Assembly: GCA_947460575.1 (NCBI GenBank)
Contig: CANHIJ010000005.1
Span: 2,388 to 66,387 of the forward strand
DNA: 64,000 nt
Direction: 5' to 3'
Source of the DNA: Verrucomicrobiales bacterium
Lineage (GTDB): Bacteria > Verrucomicrobiota > Verrucomicrobiia > Verrucomicrobiales > V1-33
Shown here: positions 1-9,668 of the stretch, in pieces
How positions within the stretch are numbered: the first letter of the stretch is position 1
Layout of the letters: every line of letters starts with the position of its first letter
Made by a program: the position numbers and the translations under genes
Notes under the pieces: generated by a model
Seen by the model: the letters and a program-made list of their open reading frames with translations, nothing else
Told to the model about the DNA's origin: nothing
Databases searched by the model: none

Positions 1-461
1 TGCAGAAAGGGCTCCAAGTTGGGGCTCCCGATCTCTTCCTCGCCCTCCAGCAAAAAGATCAGATTGACCGGTAAATCCCCGTGGGCCTGCAAGGTGTCGC
101 TGATGCCACAAAGGTGCGCCATGTGCTGCCCCTTGTTGTCCGTCGCCCCGCGGGCAAAAATGCGCCCATGCTCAATCCGCGGCTCAAACGGGTCGCTGCG
201 CCATTGGTCCAGCGGGTCCACCGGCTGGACGTCGTAGTGCCCATAAATCATCACCGTCGGCCGCCCCGCGCGGTGCGCATTCCGCGCCACCACAATCGGA
301 TGCCGCTCCGTCGGGTGAATCTGCGCACTTAGCCCCGCCCGCTGCAGGCGGGCCGCCAGCCATTCCGCATTGGCCACCACCTCCGCCGCGTAGCGCGAGT
401 CAGTCGAAATGCTGCGAAAGCGCAGCGCCGTCAGTAGATCTTCGAGGTGGGCAGATTCCAT
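1..461 (-). CDS. M20-family metallopeptidase/dipeptidase (ArgE/DapE/CPG2-like), N-terminal part; 3' end runs off the window
   Basis: Absent from the ORF track because it is open at the window edge. My translation of the reverse strand from ATG (complement of 459-461) gives MESAHLEDLLTALRFRSISTD...PTVMIYGHYDVQPVDPLDQWRSDPFEPRIEHGRIFARGATDNKGQ...LIFLLEGEEEIGSP. It carries the HYDVQP, RGxxDxKG and EGEEEIGS motifs typical of M20 peptidases. Confidence 0.75.
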   Translation of the reverse strand, partial: MESAHLEDLLTALRFRSISTDSRYAAEVVANAEWLAARLQRAGLSAQIHPTERHPIVVARNAHRAGRPTVMIYGHYDVQPVDPLDQWRSDPFEPRIEHGRIFARGATDNKGQHMAHLCGISDTLQAHGDLPVNLIFLLEGEEEIGSPNLEPFL

Positions 462-621
462 GGTGTTGATGAGGGGCTGTCAGCCGGGCGGAACGCGGAG
501 GGCCCCAAAAGGACCCAGGGTGGCGGCACCGAAACAAGTCAAAAGGGCCTCCCAAAATCGGCCCCCCCGCACTCGCCCCAGCTTCTCTTGCACCCAACTT
601 CCATCTTGCCCTCTCCGCCAG

Positions 622-661
622 CAAAAAAATCGCCCGGTCCCTCTAAAAGGGACCGGGCGAT
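622..661 (-). terminator. Rho-independent terminator downstream of the 733..1425 gene
   Basis: Perfect 13-bp stem (629-641 ATCGCCCGGTCCC / 649-661 GGGACCGGGCGAT) with a 7-nt loop. On the minus strand it is followed by a T7 run (complement of A-run 623-629). Confidence 0.8.
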
Positions 662-732
662 CAAAATAAAACGGAAAGCGTGCTGAAGTCAAAAAGCCGC
701 GCAGGCGACTTTGCAACGCCTGCCAGGGGGGC

Positions 733-1425
733 TCACTTCGGCGCGCTCGGGGTGACTGGGATGATCGGGACCAGGATCGGACGACCGGGCTTCACCACCG
801 TGGTCACGATGACCCGAACGAGTTCGCCGTCCACCAACTTGTAGTTCCCGCTGCTCAGGTAGCGCTTGATCTCCTCTTGGGTCAGGCTGCTGCGGGCGGT
901 GCCGGAACCGTTGGGCACCGTCAAATAGATGCCACCGACGCCGGGCCGGATGAAGCCGAAGTCGTCCGAGTAGTCGTCGCCCTCAGAAGTCACGGGCGCC
1001 TTGTCCACGGGGGCCTTGCCCGCAGTTTCCTCAGCCACCACGTCTTTGCCAGAGCCCGCAGACTCGGCGCGGAACTTTTCCGCCAGGGCGGCCGCCGCTT
1101 GGGGAGCGGAAGCGGCGGCACAGGCCAAAACGACGGGGAGTTGATCAGGGGCCGCCGCGGCCGCTGCTTCTACGATCGCCACCACGGTGGCCTTGTCCGC
1201 CTTGGAGGCCGCGATGGCCGACTTCACCACCTCGCAGGCGCACTTCGGAGAAGCCGCCACCTGCTCGGCCACCACCTTGAGGACGGACTCAGGAGCCGCC
1301 GCTACGGCCTTGGCCACGCTGGCCTGAAGGGCGCTGCAGGCGCCCGCTTCCGCCGCAGAAGCCATCGGCAGCGATGCCAAAGCCGCGATGCCGCTAAATC
1401 CGAGAATCAAAGAGGAGAACTTCAT
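733..1425 (-). CDS. secreted hypothetical protein (Ala-rich, 4 Cys)
   Basis: ORF 733..1521 trimmed to the internal ATG (complement 1423-1425), where a Sec signal begins (MKFSSLILGFSGIAALASLPMASA). The N-half is Ala-rich and helical-looking, followed by an acidic linker and a beta-rich C-terminus. No family recognised. Confidence 0.6.
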   Translation of the reverse strand: MKFSSLILGFSGIAALASLPMASAAEAGACSALQASVAKAVAAAPESVLKVVAEQVAASPKCACEVVKSAIAASKADKATVVAIVEAAAAAAPDQLPVVLACAAASAPQAAAALAEKFRAESAGSGKDVVAEETAGKAPVDKAPVTSEGDDYSDDFGFIRPGVGGIYLTVPNGSGTARSSLTQEEIKRYLSSGNYKLVDGELVRVIVTTVVKPGRPILVPIIPVTPSAPK

Positions 1426-1536
1426 GGGAGGATGGGGATGGTGATTGGAGAGATGAAAAAACTTTAGAAAAGCACCAAATGTAGTATAACTTTTAGCGCA
1501 GCAGGCGACCTCAGTCCACATAAAAAACCAAATAAT

Positions 1537-2847
1537 TTACGCCCGCCGACCTCCCCCGCCCCAGCCCTCCAGGGCCAAGCGCAGCGCCGGCCGCATCGCT
1601 TCCATGGTTTCTTCCACATCGGAGGGACTGTGCGCCATGGAGAGAAAGCCGGCTTCAAAGGGGCTCGGCGCCATGTAGACGCCCCGCTGCAGGCACTGGT
1701 GAAAAAAGCGGCCAAAGGCCTCGGCGTCGCTTGAGCGGGCATCCTCCAGGTGGTGCACCGGCTGCTCGGTGAAGAAGAGGCAAAACATGCTCCCGATCCG
1801 ATTGAAGGTCAGCGGAATCCCCACTTCCCCGAGCAATCCCCGGATCCCGGCCTCAAAGTCCGCCCCGGTCCGCTCCAGGCAATTCCACGCGTTCTGCTTT
1901 TCCAACTCGCGCAGCTGCGCCAGGCCCACGGCCATCGCCAGGGGGTTGCCCGACAAGGTCCCGGCTTGATAGACCGGGCCGTCTGGCGCCAATAAATCCA
2001 TAATCTCGGCCCGCCCCCCAAAGGCGCCCACTGGCAGCCCCCCGCCGATCACTTTGCCCATCGCGGTGAGGTCGGGCATCAGCCCAATCAGCTCCTGGTA
2101 CCCCCCCTTGGCGAGCCGAAATCCTGTCATGACCTCGTCGCAAATCAAAAGCGCCCCGTGCTCCCTGGTGAGCCGCCGCATTGCTTCGAGGTACCCCGGC
2201 TTGGGCAAGTACAGCCCCGCATTGGCCGGCACCGCTTCCACAATCACCGCCGCCACCTCGTGGCCGAACTCCCGAAAGGCTGCTTCCAGGGCCTCGAAGT
2301 CGTTGTACGGCAACACCGTAGTCAGCGCGGCGAGCGCGGCTGGCACCCCGGCGCTGTCCGGCCGACCGTGCGTCAGAGCCCCGCTCCCCGCCGCAACCAA
2401 CAAGCTGTCCCCGTGCCCGTGGTAGCAGCCCGCGAATTTGATGATCCGGTCCCTCCCGGTGTACCCCCGCGCCAGGCGCAGGCAGCTCATGGTGGCCTCA
2501 GTCCCGCTGTTGCACATCCGCACCTTTTCCACGCTCGGCACCCACTCCACAATCAGGCGGGCCATCTCGACCTCCCAGGGATTGGGAATGCCAAAACTCA
2601 GCCCGGACTTGGCGACCTCCTGCACCGTGCGCACCAAAACGTCCGGGGCGTGCCCCAAAATGGCGGGGCCCCACGTGCCGACGTAGTCGATCAACCAGCG
2701 GTCGTCCACATCCAGGATGCGGCAGCCCTTGGCCCGCTTCACAAAAAAGGGCTCGCCGCCGACGTTGCGAAAGGCCCGCACCGGGCTGTTGACCCCACCG
2801 GGGATGTACTGCTTGGCGAGAGAGAAAAGTTTGGAGGAATAGGACAT
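1537..2847 (-). CDS. hemL: glutamate-1-semialdehyde 2,1-aminomutase
   Basis: Sequence [31 protein letters not shown]...[35 protein letters not shown]...DEVMTGFR is colinear with HemL (class III aminotransferase). Start set at MSYSS (complement 2845-2847); the track ORF extends 19 codons further upstream. Confidence 0.93.
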   Translation of the reverse strand: MSYSSKLFSLAKQYIPGGVNSPVRAFRNVGGEPFFVKRAKGCRILDVDDRWLIDYVGTWGPAILGHAPDVLVRTVQEVAKSGLSFGIPNPWEVEMARLIVEWVPSVEKVRMCNSGTEATMSCLRLARGYTGRDRIIKFAGCYHGHGDSLLVAAGSGALTHGRPDSAGVPAALAALTTVLPYNDFEALEAAFREFGHEVAAVIVEAVPANAGLYLPKPGYLEAMRRLTREHGALLICDEVMTGFRLAKGGYQELIGLMPDLTAMGKVIGGGLPVGAFGGRAEIMDLLAPDGPVYQAGTLSGNPLAMAVGLAQLRELEKQNAWNCLERTGADFEAGIRGLLGEVGIPLTFNRIGSMFCLFFTEQPVHHLEDARSSDAEAFGRFFHQCLQRGVYMAPSPFEAGFLSMAHSPSDVEETMEAMRPALRLALEGWGGGGRRA

Positions 2848-2922
2848 GGGACCAGGAAAAACGCGCGGCGGACCACCCAAGACGGCCCGCCGCGCGCTGT
2901 CCATCGGGATTGAGCCCCGGAG

Positions 2923-4452
2923 TTACTTCTTCTGAATGCTCTCCAGCGCCTTCAAGGCCTGATCGCGCTCCACCTCCGCCTTTTTCACGGCGTCCTGCGC
3001 CTTGGCAATCGCCGCGTTGATTTCGCGCAACTCGCTGTTGAGGGTGTCCGCGTCCTTGCTCAGGGCAAACTTGCCCGACTGCACATCGCGCAGCAGCGCG
3101 TTCACGATCCGCCCGGGGATCATATAGGTGCTGACCCGCTCCGCCCGGGCGATGTTTAGGCCCACGATGGCTCCGCTGACGTCGATGACCGGCCCCCCCG
3201 CGTCCTGGGCCTGCAGCGCGAGATCGCTCTGCACCGCGTTGGGGTATCCGGTGGCATTTTTGCTCAAATTCGAACCCATCAGCGCGGTCTGGTCAAACTG
3301 GCGCTGATCCATCCCCCCATTCACCTTGGCAGCTTCCGCCCGGTTCCCCAGCGACAACTCTAATTCCTGCGGCTTGCCGTCGCGCTCGATCTGCACCTTC
3401 ACCTTCTGCTCCGGCTTCAGCCCGGAGACCAGCTTTTGCAGCTGCCGCGGGCTGGCGATCTCCTCCGCGTTGACCGAGAGAATCAAGTCCCCCTTGGCCA
3501 TCCCGGCCCGCTCTGCGGCTCCCCCGGGGATGATTTCCCCAATCAGGACCCCCTTCGGCGGAGGGCTCTCCCGGGACATCGAAATCCCCAAAAATCCCTT
3601 GCTGCGCTCGTCCAAGCTGCGCGCCGCCACGCTGATGACCCCGATCCCGGTCGGATCTTCCCCGGGGCTCACCGCCGCGATTAGCGTCCCCACCTTCATA
3701 TCGCTGTCCGCAAAGGACGCCGGAACCAACCCCGTGGCCTCCAGCTTGATCAGCGCCAAATCGTAGGCCTTCATCTGGTCCACCACCTTGGCCGCGACGA
3801 TCCGGCCATCGCCAAATTCCACCTCGATCTCGCCCTCCTCGACCTCGCTGTGCTTGGTCAAGGCATAGCCGTCGGCGCTGACGACCGTGGCCAGGGCCAC
3901 CTGCTGTTTCTTGCGCAGCACCCGGACGGTGGACTGCCGGGCCTTGGCCGCGAGGGGCCGCCACTCGGCTAGGGCGCTCAAGTGGTGCTTGCTGGTGCGC
4001 GGGACCTCTTCTCGGGCCCCCGGCCCAAAGCCCAGGCCGTCCCCTGCGCCGCCCTTCCCGCCCATGCGGCGCAGCATCTCCTCCATCAACTCCTGGGCCT
4101 TGGGCCCGCCCTCCCCCGACCCCGGAGCTTTGCCCTTCCTGCCCTGCTCGAACTGCTTAAAGAGTTCCTCCATGCCCTCGGTCCCTGCGCCCCCGGCTCC
4201 CTCCATCATGCGGCGCAGCCACTCCCCCATCGGGCTGTCCTGGATGCCCTGCCCGGGCCCGCCTTCCTCCTGCCCATTGTGCCAAAAGCGGGGCGCGCTG
4301 CCGTCGTTCTTGAATTCAAAGCGGAACTTCTGCGCCTGCCCCGGGGCCTGAGAGCGCTCTTGCTGAGCCGCCGCAGGGCGGGAAAAGGCCAGCATCCCCG
4401 TGCCCGCCGCCAGCGCCGCCGCAGCGGCAGGAAAGAAAAATCGTGTGTTCAT
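2923..4452 (-). CDS. exported trypsin-fold/PDZ protein with Ser-to-Ala at the nucleophile position (predicted inactive HtrA-like paralogue)
   Basis: Signal peptide, then a Met/Gly/Glu-rich region. The trypsin-fold keeps His (YALTKHSEV) and Asp (AYDLALIKL). A PDZ-like segment (GVLIGEIIPGGAAERAGMAKGDLILSVN) is inserted before the nucleophile motif. That motif reads QDAGGPVID instead of GDSGGP (Ala codon GCG, complement of 3199-3201). A C-terminal coiled-coil-like tail follows. Confidence 0.7.
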   Translation of the reverse strand: MNTRFFFPAAAAALAAGTGMLAFSRPAAAQQERSQAPGQAQKFRFEFKNDGSAPRFWHNGQEEGGPGQGIQDSPMGEWLRRMMEGAGGAGTEGMEELFKQFEQGRKGKAPGSGEGGPKAQELMEEMLRRMGGKGGAGDGLGFGPGAREEVPRTSKHHLSALAEWRPLAAKARQSTVRVLRKKQQVALATVVSADGYALTKHSEVEEGEIEVEFGDGRIVAAKVVDQMKAYDLALIKLEATGLVPASFADSDMKVGTLIAAVSPGEDPTGIGVISVAARSLDERSKGFLGISMSRESPPPKGVLIGEIIPGGAAERAGMAKGDLILSVNAEEIASPRQLQKLVSGLKPEQKVKVQIERDGKPQELELSLGNRAEAAKVNGGMDQRQFDQTALMGSNLSKNATGYPNAVQSDLALQAQDAGGPVIDVSGAIVGLNIARAERVSTYMIPGRIVNALLRDVQSGKFALSKDADTLNSELREINAAIAKAQDAVKKAEVERDQALKALESIQKK

Positions 4453-4516
4453 AAAAAAAGGCAGAATGAAAAAAGGTGTGTCGGTAATTTAAAGTGGAAG
4501 CTCTCAAGCATGGGCC

Positions 4517-5644
4517 TCAGGGCGCCGGGGCGAGGGTGACTTGCAATTCCGTCTCCTTGCCCGCCCGCAAAACCGTGAATTTCAGCACGTCTCCCGGTTT
4601 AGCCTGGCGCACCTTGGCGACCACCTCGCCGTTCTCCTGCACCGCCGAGCCGTCCACTTTTACGATGACGTCCTCCAGCTCCAATCCGCCCTTCGCCGCC
4701 GGAGACCCGTCGGCCACCTCCACCACCTGCACCCCCTTGCCGCCGTCTAAGGTCTCCAGCTGCACCCCCAAATAGACTTTGCTCTTGGTCGGCGCCGCTT
4801 CGGGCTCTGGGGCCGCTTCCGCGCCGCGCCGCGACCCGCGGCGGCCCTCCCCAGCGGGCCGCTTCGGCGGCGCCTCTTCCTCATCCTTCATCCCCGGCAT
4901 CAAGTTCGATAGACGGCCCCACACTTCGCCCTGCTTGAGGCGCTCCATGTCCTTAGCAAACACCCCGATCGGGACGTGCCGGTTTTCCGAAAGATTTTGG
5001 CTGATGCTGGAGTGGATCCCGATGACCTTCCCCTCCAAATCGAACAGCGGCCCGCCGCTGTCCCCCCCCGAAACCGTGCAGTCGCTCCTAAAATACGCCT
5101 TGGTGTCATTTTCCCACAGGCGTCCCACCCGCAGCGGCGCTCCGCGCAGCGGATCGTAGCCGCCCGGGTGCCCCAGGGCCACCACCCACTCGCCCTCCTC
5201 CACGCTCTCCGCCGCCGCCATCTCCACGAAGGGATAGTCTCCCGGCTCGGTGATCTGGGCCAAGGCCGCATCCCGATTCATGTCGCGCCCCAGCGATTTG
5301 CCCTTCACCTCCCGTCCTCCCGGCAGCGTGATCATCAATTCCTCGCCGGTCGCCGCCAACACGTGGCCCGCCGTCAAAACCAGGCCCTCCTTGCTCACAA
5401 TGACCCCGCTGCCCGATCCGAGCTGCCCCTGGGGACTTGTCCCGGTGATGGCCACCACCGCCCCGCTCACCTTGCCCACCACTTCCAGCACCCGGGTCTG
5501 CCGCTCCTGGAGCGACTCCGCCGAGGCGGACAAAACCAGGGCCCCACTCGTCAGGAGCAGAGCCGACCAATAGGTCCGAGAGGCGGTCCGGGAGGCGGTC
5601 GGGAAACGGTCAGTCATGGCGGTAAGGGATGGAGAGAATTGCAT
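4517..5644 (-). CDS. exported trypsin-like serine protease with C-terminal PDZ domain (HtrA/DegP-like, triad intact)
   Basis: Motifs LVLTAGHVL (His), NRDAALAQI (Asp) and GGDSGGPLFD (Ser), then a PDZ-like end (VQVVEVADGSPAAKGGLELEDVIVKVDG). An alternative start MTDRF lies at complement 5615-5617. Confidence 0.85.
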   Translation of the reverse strand: MQFSPSLTAMTDRFPTASRTASRTYWSALLLTSGALVLSASAESLQERQTRVLEVVGKVSGAVVAITGTSPQGQLGSGSGVIVSKEGLVLTAGHVLAATGEELMITLPGGREVKGKSLGRDMNRDAALAQITEPGDYPFVEMAAAESVEEGEWVVALGHPGGYDPLRGAPLRVGRLWENDTKAYFRSDCTVSGGDSGGPLFDLEGKVIGIHSSISQNLSENRHVPIGVFAKDMERLKQGEVWGRLSNLMPGMKDEEEAPPKRPAGEGRRGSRRGAEAAPEPEAAPTKSKVYLGVQLETLDGGKGVQVVEVADGSPAAKGGLELEDVIVKVDGSAVQENGEVVAKVRQAKPGDVLKFTVLRAGKETELQVTLAPAP

Positions 5645-5782
5645 GAGTTACGTCCAGCAAAGCGCAGACCTCCGCCGCATTTATTTACAAATCCGCGTCG
5701 CCAGCGGCGGCCCCGCCATTCCGCCCCCGGCGCCACTTCCGCCTTTCGCCTCCGGCCGCCCGCGCTATTTTGCCTGCTCACT

Positions 5783-6886
5783 ATGCTGGAATCCCCTGCC
5801 CCGCTCCCCGCCACCGCCCTCACCGGCCTGCTGCCCGAGGAACTCGCCGCCGCCCTCGCCGCCGCCGGGGAGAAGCCATACCGCGCCAAGCAAATTCACG
5901 AGTGGCTCTTCCGCAAGCGGGCCGCCAGCTACGCGGAAATGACCAACCTCCCCGCTCCGCTCCGCGAGCGCCTCGCCGCCTCCCACCCCTTTCACAGCCT
6001 CACCGTGGCCAAAATCCAAGGGGCCAAGGACACCACCCGCAAGTTCCTCTTCCGCCTCCACGACGGCCGCTACGTCGAAAGCGTCCTCATCCCCGCCAAC
6101 AAGGGCTTCATGGGCTCCCAGAGCGACCGCCTCACCCTCTGCGTTTCCAGCCAGGTCGGCTGCGCCTACGACTGCAAATTCTGCGCCAGCGGCCTGGCCG
6201 GCTTCACCCGCAACCTCCGCGCCGACGAAATCGTGGAACAAGTCCTCCAGGCCGAGCGCGAAGCCGGCGACCGCGTCGACAACCTCGTCTTCATGGGCAT
6301 GGGCGAACCCCTCGCCAATTTCACCCACCTCACCCGCGCCCTCCGCATCCTCCACAGCCAGTGGGGCCTCAACATCGGCGCCCGCCACATCACCGTCTCC
6401 ACCAGCGGCCTCGCCCCCCAAATTAAAAAACTCGCCGACTTCGACCTCCCCGTCCGCCTCGCCATCTCCCTCCACGGCGCCACCGACGAAGTCCGCAGCC
6501 GCATCATGCCGGTCAACGATAAGTACCCCCTCGAACAACTCTTCGAGGCCCTCCGCTACTTCAATCAGCGCCGCAAACAAAAAATCACCCTCGAATACAT
6601 CCTCATCGAAGGCGTCAACGACAGCCTCGACCAAGCCCGCGCCCTCGCCCGCCGCACCCGCTCCCTCGAAGCCAAGGTCAACCTCATCCCCTACAACACC
6701 GTCGAAGGCCTCCCCTGGGCCCGCCCCAGCGAATCCCAACAGGACGCCTTCTGCGCCACCCTCGTCGCCCACGGCGTCCCCGCCACCATCCGCCGCGAAA
6801 AAGGCCACGACATCGACGCCGCCTGCGGCCAGCTCCGCCTCCAACAGGAAACCGCCGAAGGCCTCGTTTCCCCAGCGGCCCCCTGA
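5783..6886 (+). CDS. rlmN: 23S rRNA/tRNA (adenine-C2)-methyltransferase, radical SAM
   Basis: Sequence MLESPAP...GEKPYRAKQIHEWLF...LCVSSQVGCAYDCKFCASG...FMGMGEPLAN...SLH...IEYILIEGVNDS is the typical RlmN layout with a CxxxCxxC cluster. Start chosen at ATG 5783; the track ORF (4976..) has an implausible 269-codon extension antisense to the protease gene. Confidence 0.92.
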   Translation: MLESPAPLPATALTGLLPEELAAALAAAGEKPYRAKQIHEWLFRKRAASYAEMTNLPAPLRERLAASHPFHSLTVAKIQGAKDTTRKFLFRLHDGRYVESVLIPANKGFMGSQSDRLTLCVSSQVGCAYDCKFCASGLAGFTRNLRADEIVEQVLQAEREAGDRVDNLVFMGMGEPLANFTHLTRALRILHSQWGLNIGARHITVSTSGLAPQIKKLADFDLPVRLAISLHGATDEVRSRIMPVNDKYPLEQLFEALRYFNQRRKQKITLEYILIEGVNDSLDQARALARRTRSLEAKVNLIPYNTVEGLPWARPSESQQDAFCATLVAHGVPATIRREKGHDIDAACGQLRLQQETAEGLVSPAAP

Positions 6887-6908
6887 GCCCCCGCCCGCCC
6901 CGCTCTAC

Positions 6909-9452
6909 TCAGGGCCGCGCCAGGCGGTAAAATTTCTTGGGCGCATCGACGGCATCGTACACGTGCCACCGTCCGCCCTCGGCGCGGGACACCGCATCCA
7001 CCGCCCGCCAGGGCCCGGCCGCCAGGTCCGTGGCAAATTGCAGCTGCAGGTCAGCCGGGGCGCTCTCCGGCCAGGCGATGTCCACCGCATTGCCTCCGAG
7101 CGGCCTAATCTGCAGCGCCAGGCCACCCAGCGCCCCGTCCCCGGCAAACAGGCGCACCTCGTCCAGCAACAGCGACTGGTCGCTGGCCGTCGCCAAGCCC
7201 TCGAAGGTCACCTCGGCCGAACTCCCCGCCGCCAGGAAAGTGAGGCGCTTCTGGATGTAGGGATTCCCCGGCCCCACCGCTTCCTGATCCTCCGCCAGCA
7301 CCTCCACCCCGTCGATCAAAACCCGATAGGGAGTCGGCCCCGGGGAGTCCCCGCTCCGCGCATTCACCAAAAATGTCAACGTATAGGGACGGCCCGCCGC
7401 GAGCCCGCCAATCACCTGCGACAGGGAACCCTTGTTTTGGATAAAGGCCACCCGGTCCTGCCCCCCGGAGACCCCGTTGTCGCTGAACGGCCCCGCAGCG
7501 TCAACGTTGATGCCGTGCCCCCCCGTGGCCGCCCAGCCCGCCATGGCGGCCACATAACCGGCCCCGCTGGGGCTGCCCGAAGCCTCAAAGCTAGGATTTT
7601 GCACCGGCACCTCCCCCTCCTCATAGGCCACGATGGAAACCGCATCCACCAGCACCGAGGCGTCCCCCGCAGCCGCCGTCGCCAGCTCTAACAATCCCTC
7701 AGTGCCCGCCGCCACCAAGTCCGCACTGAAAAAAGCAAAGCGCTGCCCCGCGCCCACTGGGGCCACTCCGGGCACCGCTCCCAACGCCGCGCCGTCGAAG
7801 CGCACCTGAAAGTCGATTGTCCCGCCACAGCAGTTGCGCGCGTTGTAGTAAGCCTGCACCCAGTAGCGCTGCCCGGGCACCAGCCCCACCACTCGTTGAC
7901 TCAACGCCTGCGGCCCTTGCAAAAAGGCCACCTGCTGCCGGTCCGGCAAAATGCCGTTGTCAAAAAAGGGCATCCCCAGCGCGTTGAGCCCCGTGCTCGC
8001 CACCGCGCCGCTCCAGGCCGCAATCGGCCCATAGCCCGCCCCGACATTCAGCGCCGAGGTCTCAAAACTGGCGTTCCGCACCAGCGAGGTCACCCCCTCA
8101 ATCCGGACGGTCCCGTCCACCCCATCGGTCCCGCCATTGTCCTCCACCACCACTACCGTTGTCCCCCGCCCCACCCCTTCAAGCTCCACCGAAAGCGTCA
8201 CGTCTTCCGCGCTAGCCGGAAAATCCAGCTCCACCAGCCCGCTTCCATCCGCGCCCACCAGGCGCGCCACGCGCTCGTCGCCGACCCGCACCACCACCCT
8301 CGCCGGACCACTCGCGAGGCGCTTCCCCGAAACCGTAAAGGTCGCGCCGCTGCGGATCCCGGGCCCCACTTCCACCTGTCCCGGGCCCACCCGCAAAGGC
8401 GGAATCGGCTCCACCACCACCCCCAAAACTTCGACGTCGTCCAAAAGCACCGTCTGGTCGCCCGCCGCGATTTGGGCAAATCTCAGCTCCGCCGATGCCG
8501 ACGCGGCCGTGAAGTTGGCCGTGGCCCGGCGGTAATCCCCCGCGCCTCCCACCGGTGCCACCGCCTCCTCAAAAATCACCCCGCCATCGACCCCCACCTG
8601 CAGCACCGGGGCATTGCCGCCGCGCGCGTTGTACCGAAAGCTAACCGCGTAGGTCTCCCCCGCCACCAGCCCCCGCACCACCTGAAAAATAGCAAATTCC
8701 CCCTGCAAATAGGCCACGTGGTCCTGCTCCGGAATCGCCCCGTTGTCGGCAAACGGGCCCTCCCCGCCATTGACCCCAGCCCCGCCCACCCCCGCGCCCC
8801 TCCAGCCCGCCGCCGCCGACACCATGCCCGGATACGGAGGCGTCCCACTGGCCTCAAAGCTGGGATTCATAACCACAATCTGCCCCGCCCCTCGGGGCAC
8901 GATGCAGACCCCATCCACCAGGGCCGTGGCATCGCCCGCCGCGGTCGTGACCAACCCCAACTGGCCGCTCTCCGCCCCCGCCCGGAAGGCAACATTGCGA
9001 AATTTGTACCCCTCCCCGCCGACCGCAAAACTCACCCCGCTGAGGGTGTCCAGCGCGACCCCATCCCACTGCGTCGCCAGATCCAACACCCCGCCGCAGC
9101 ACGCGCGGGCATCGTAGAAAAATTGAATCCAATAGTCCTGCCCCGCCGTCAGCCCGCTGATGGTCTGCTGCAGCGCCTGACTCCCCTGCAAAAAGGCCGC
9201 CTGCTCCCGGTCCGTCATCGGCGTGCCCCCATTGTGAAACGGCCCCGCCGCCCGGTTGGTCCCGCTCCCCCCAGACCAACTCCCAATCGCCCCATAGTGC
9301 GGCTCAACCTCGCTGTAGGTGTCCTCAAAACTGGGATTCGCCACCAGCCCAGCCCCCGCCAGCCCCCCAAACAGAGCCGATGCCGCTAGGATATAAAGGA
9401 AGGGGGCGGAGAGAGAATGTTTCATCAGTTGGCGGAATGGAAAATAATGCAC
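6909..9452 (-). CDS. large secreted protein with four galactose-binding-like (DUF642/CBM4_9-like) modules
   Basis: Signal peptide (alternative start MKHSL at complement 9423-9425). Four modules each open with N(P/A)SFE (VANPSFEDTY, VMNPSFEASG, VRNASFETSA, VQNPSFEASG). Modules 1 and 3 share ...FLQG.QAL.Q...GL..GQ.YW.Q..Y.AR.CCGG... An Ig-like spacer lies between the two pairs. The C-terminal sandwich ends KKFYRLARP. Confidence 0.7.
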   Translation of the reverse strand: MHYFPFRQLMKHSLSAPFLYILAASALFGGLAGAGLVANPSFEDTYSEVEPHYGAIGSWSGGSGTNRAAGPFHNGGTPMTDREQAAFLQGSQALQQTISGLTAGQDYWIQFFYDARACCGGVLDLATQWDGVALDTLSGVSFAVGGEGYKFRNVAFRAGAESGQLGLVTTAAGDATALVDGVCIVPRGAGQIVVMNPSFEASGTPPYPGMVSAAAGWRGAGVGGAGVNGGEGPFADNGAIPEQDHVAYLQGEFAIFQVVRGLVAGETYAVSFRYNARGGNAPVLQVGVDGGVIFEEAVAPVGGAGDYRRATANFTAASASAELRFAQIAAGDQTVLLDDVEVLGVVVEPIPPLRVGPGQVEVGPGIRSGATFTVSGKRLASGPARVVVRVGDERVARLVGADGSGLVELDFPASAEDVTLSVELEGVGRGTTVVVVEDNGGTDGVDGTVRIEGVTSLVRNASFETSALNVGAGYGPIAAWSGAVASTGLNALGMPFFDNGILPDRQQVAFLQGPQALSQRVVGLVPGQRYWVQAYYNARNCCGGTIDFQVRFDGAALGAVPGVAPVGAGQRFAFFSADLVAAGTEGLLELATAAAGDASVLVDAVSIVAYEEGEVPVQNPSFEASGSPSGAGYVAAMAGWAATGGHGINVDAAGPFSDNGVSGGQDRVAFIQNKGSLSQVIGGLAAGRPYTLTFLVNARSGDSPGPTPYRVLIDGVEVLAEDQEAVGPGNPYIQKRLTFLAAGSSAEVTFEGLATASDQSLLLDEVRLFAGDGALGGLALQIRPLGGNAVDIAWPESAPADLQLQFATDLAAGPWRAVDAVSRAEGGRWHVYDAVDAPKKFYRLARP

Positions 9453-9592
9453 CTGCTTCTCCCTATTTCCCCGCCCTCCGTCAATGCTATTCCTATCAGG
9501 TTTTTCTCAACCCCGCGCCGAAGCCCCCCGGAAGGCAAACACGCGCCCCCCGGCCCCAAGCTCTCGCGCCGCCCCTACAGGCCAGAGGCGGA

Positions 9593-9668
9593 GCCATTTG
9601 CGAGGTCATTGGCGTTGGGGAAAGCCAAAGCACTCGGCATCCAACTCGCTCCTGATGAGAAATTTACG
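9593..9668 (+). repeat. 76-nt element, copy 1 (second copy at 41335..41410)
   Basis: GCCATTTGCGAGGTCATTGGCGTTGGGGAAAG + 28 nt + TGATGAGAAATTTACG. It aligns without gaps to 41335-41410 (28/32, 13/28 and 13/16 identities by hand count). Confidence 0.7.

Noticed and set aside
4976-5782. Long N-terminal extensions of track ORFs: rlmN from 4976; 13934..14386; 16661..16888; 25225..25683; 35748..35921; 35695..35919; 38498..38668; 59787..60143; 59716..59973; 43108..43212.
   Set aside because: The extensions overlap neighbouring genes or divergent promoters and are Arg/Pro-rich. In each case an internal ATG is immediately followed by a signal peptide, lipobox, Tat motif or the conserved family N-terminus.
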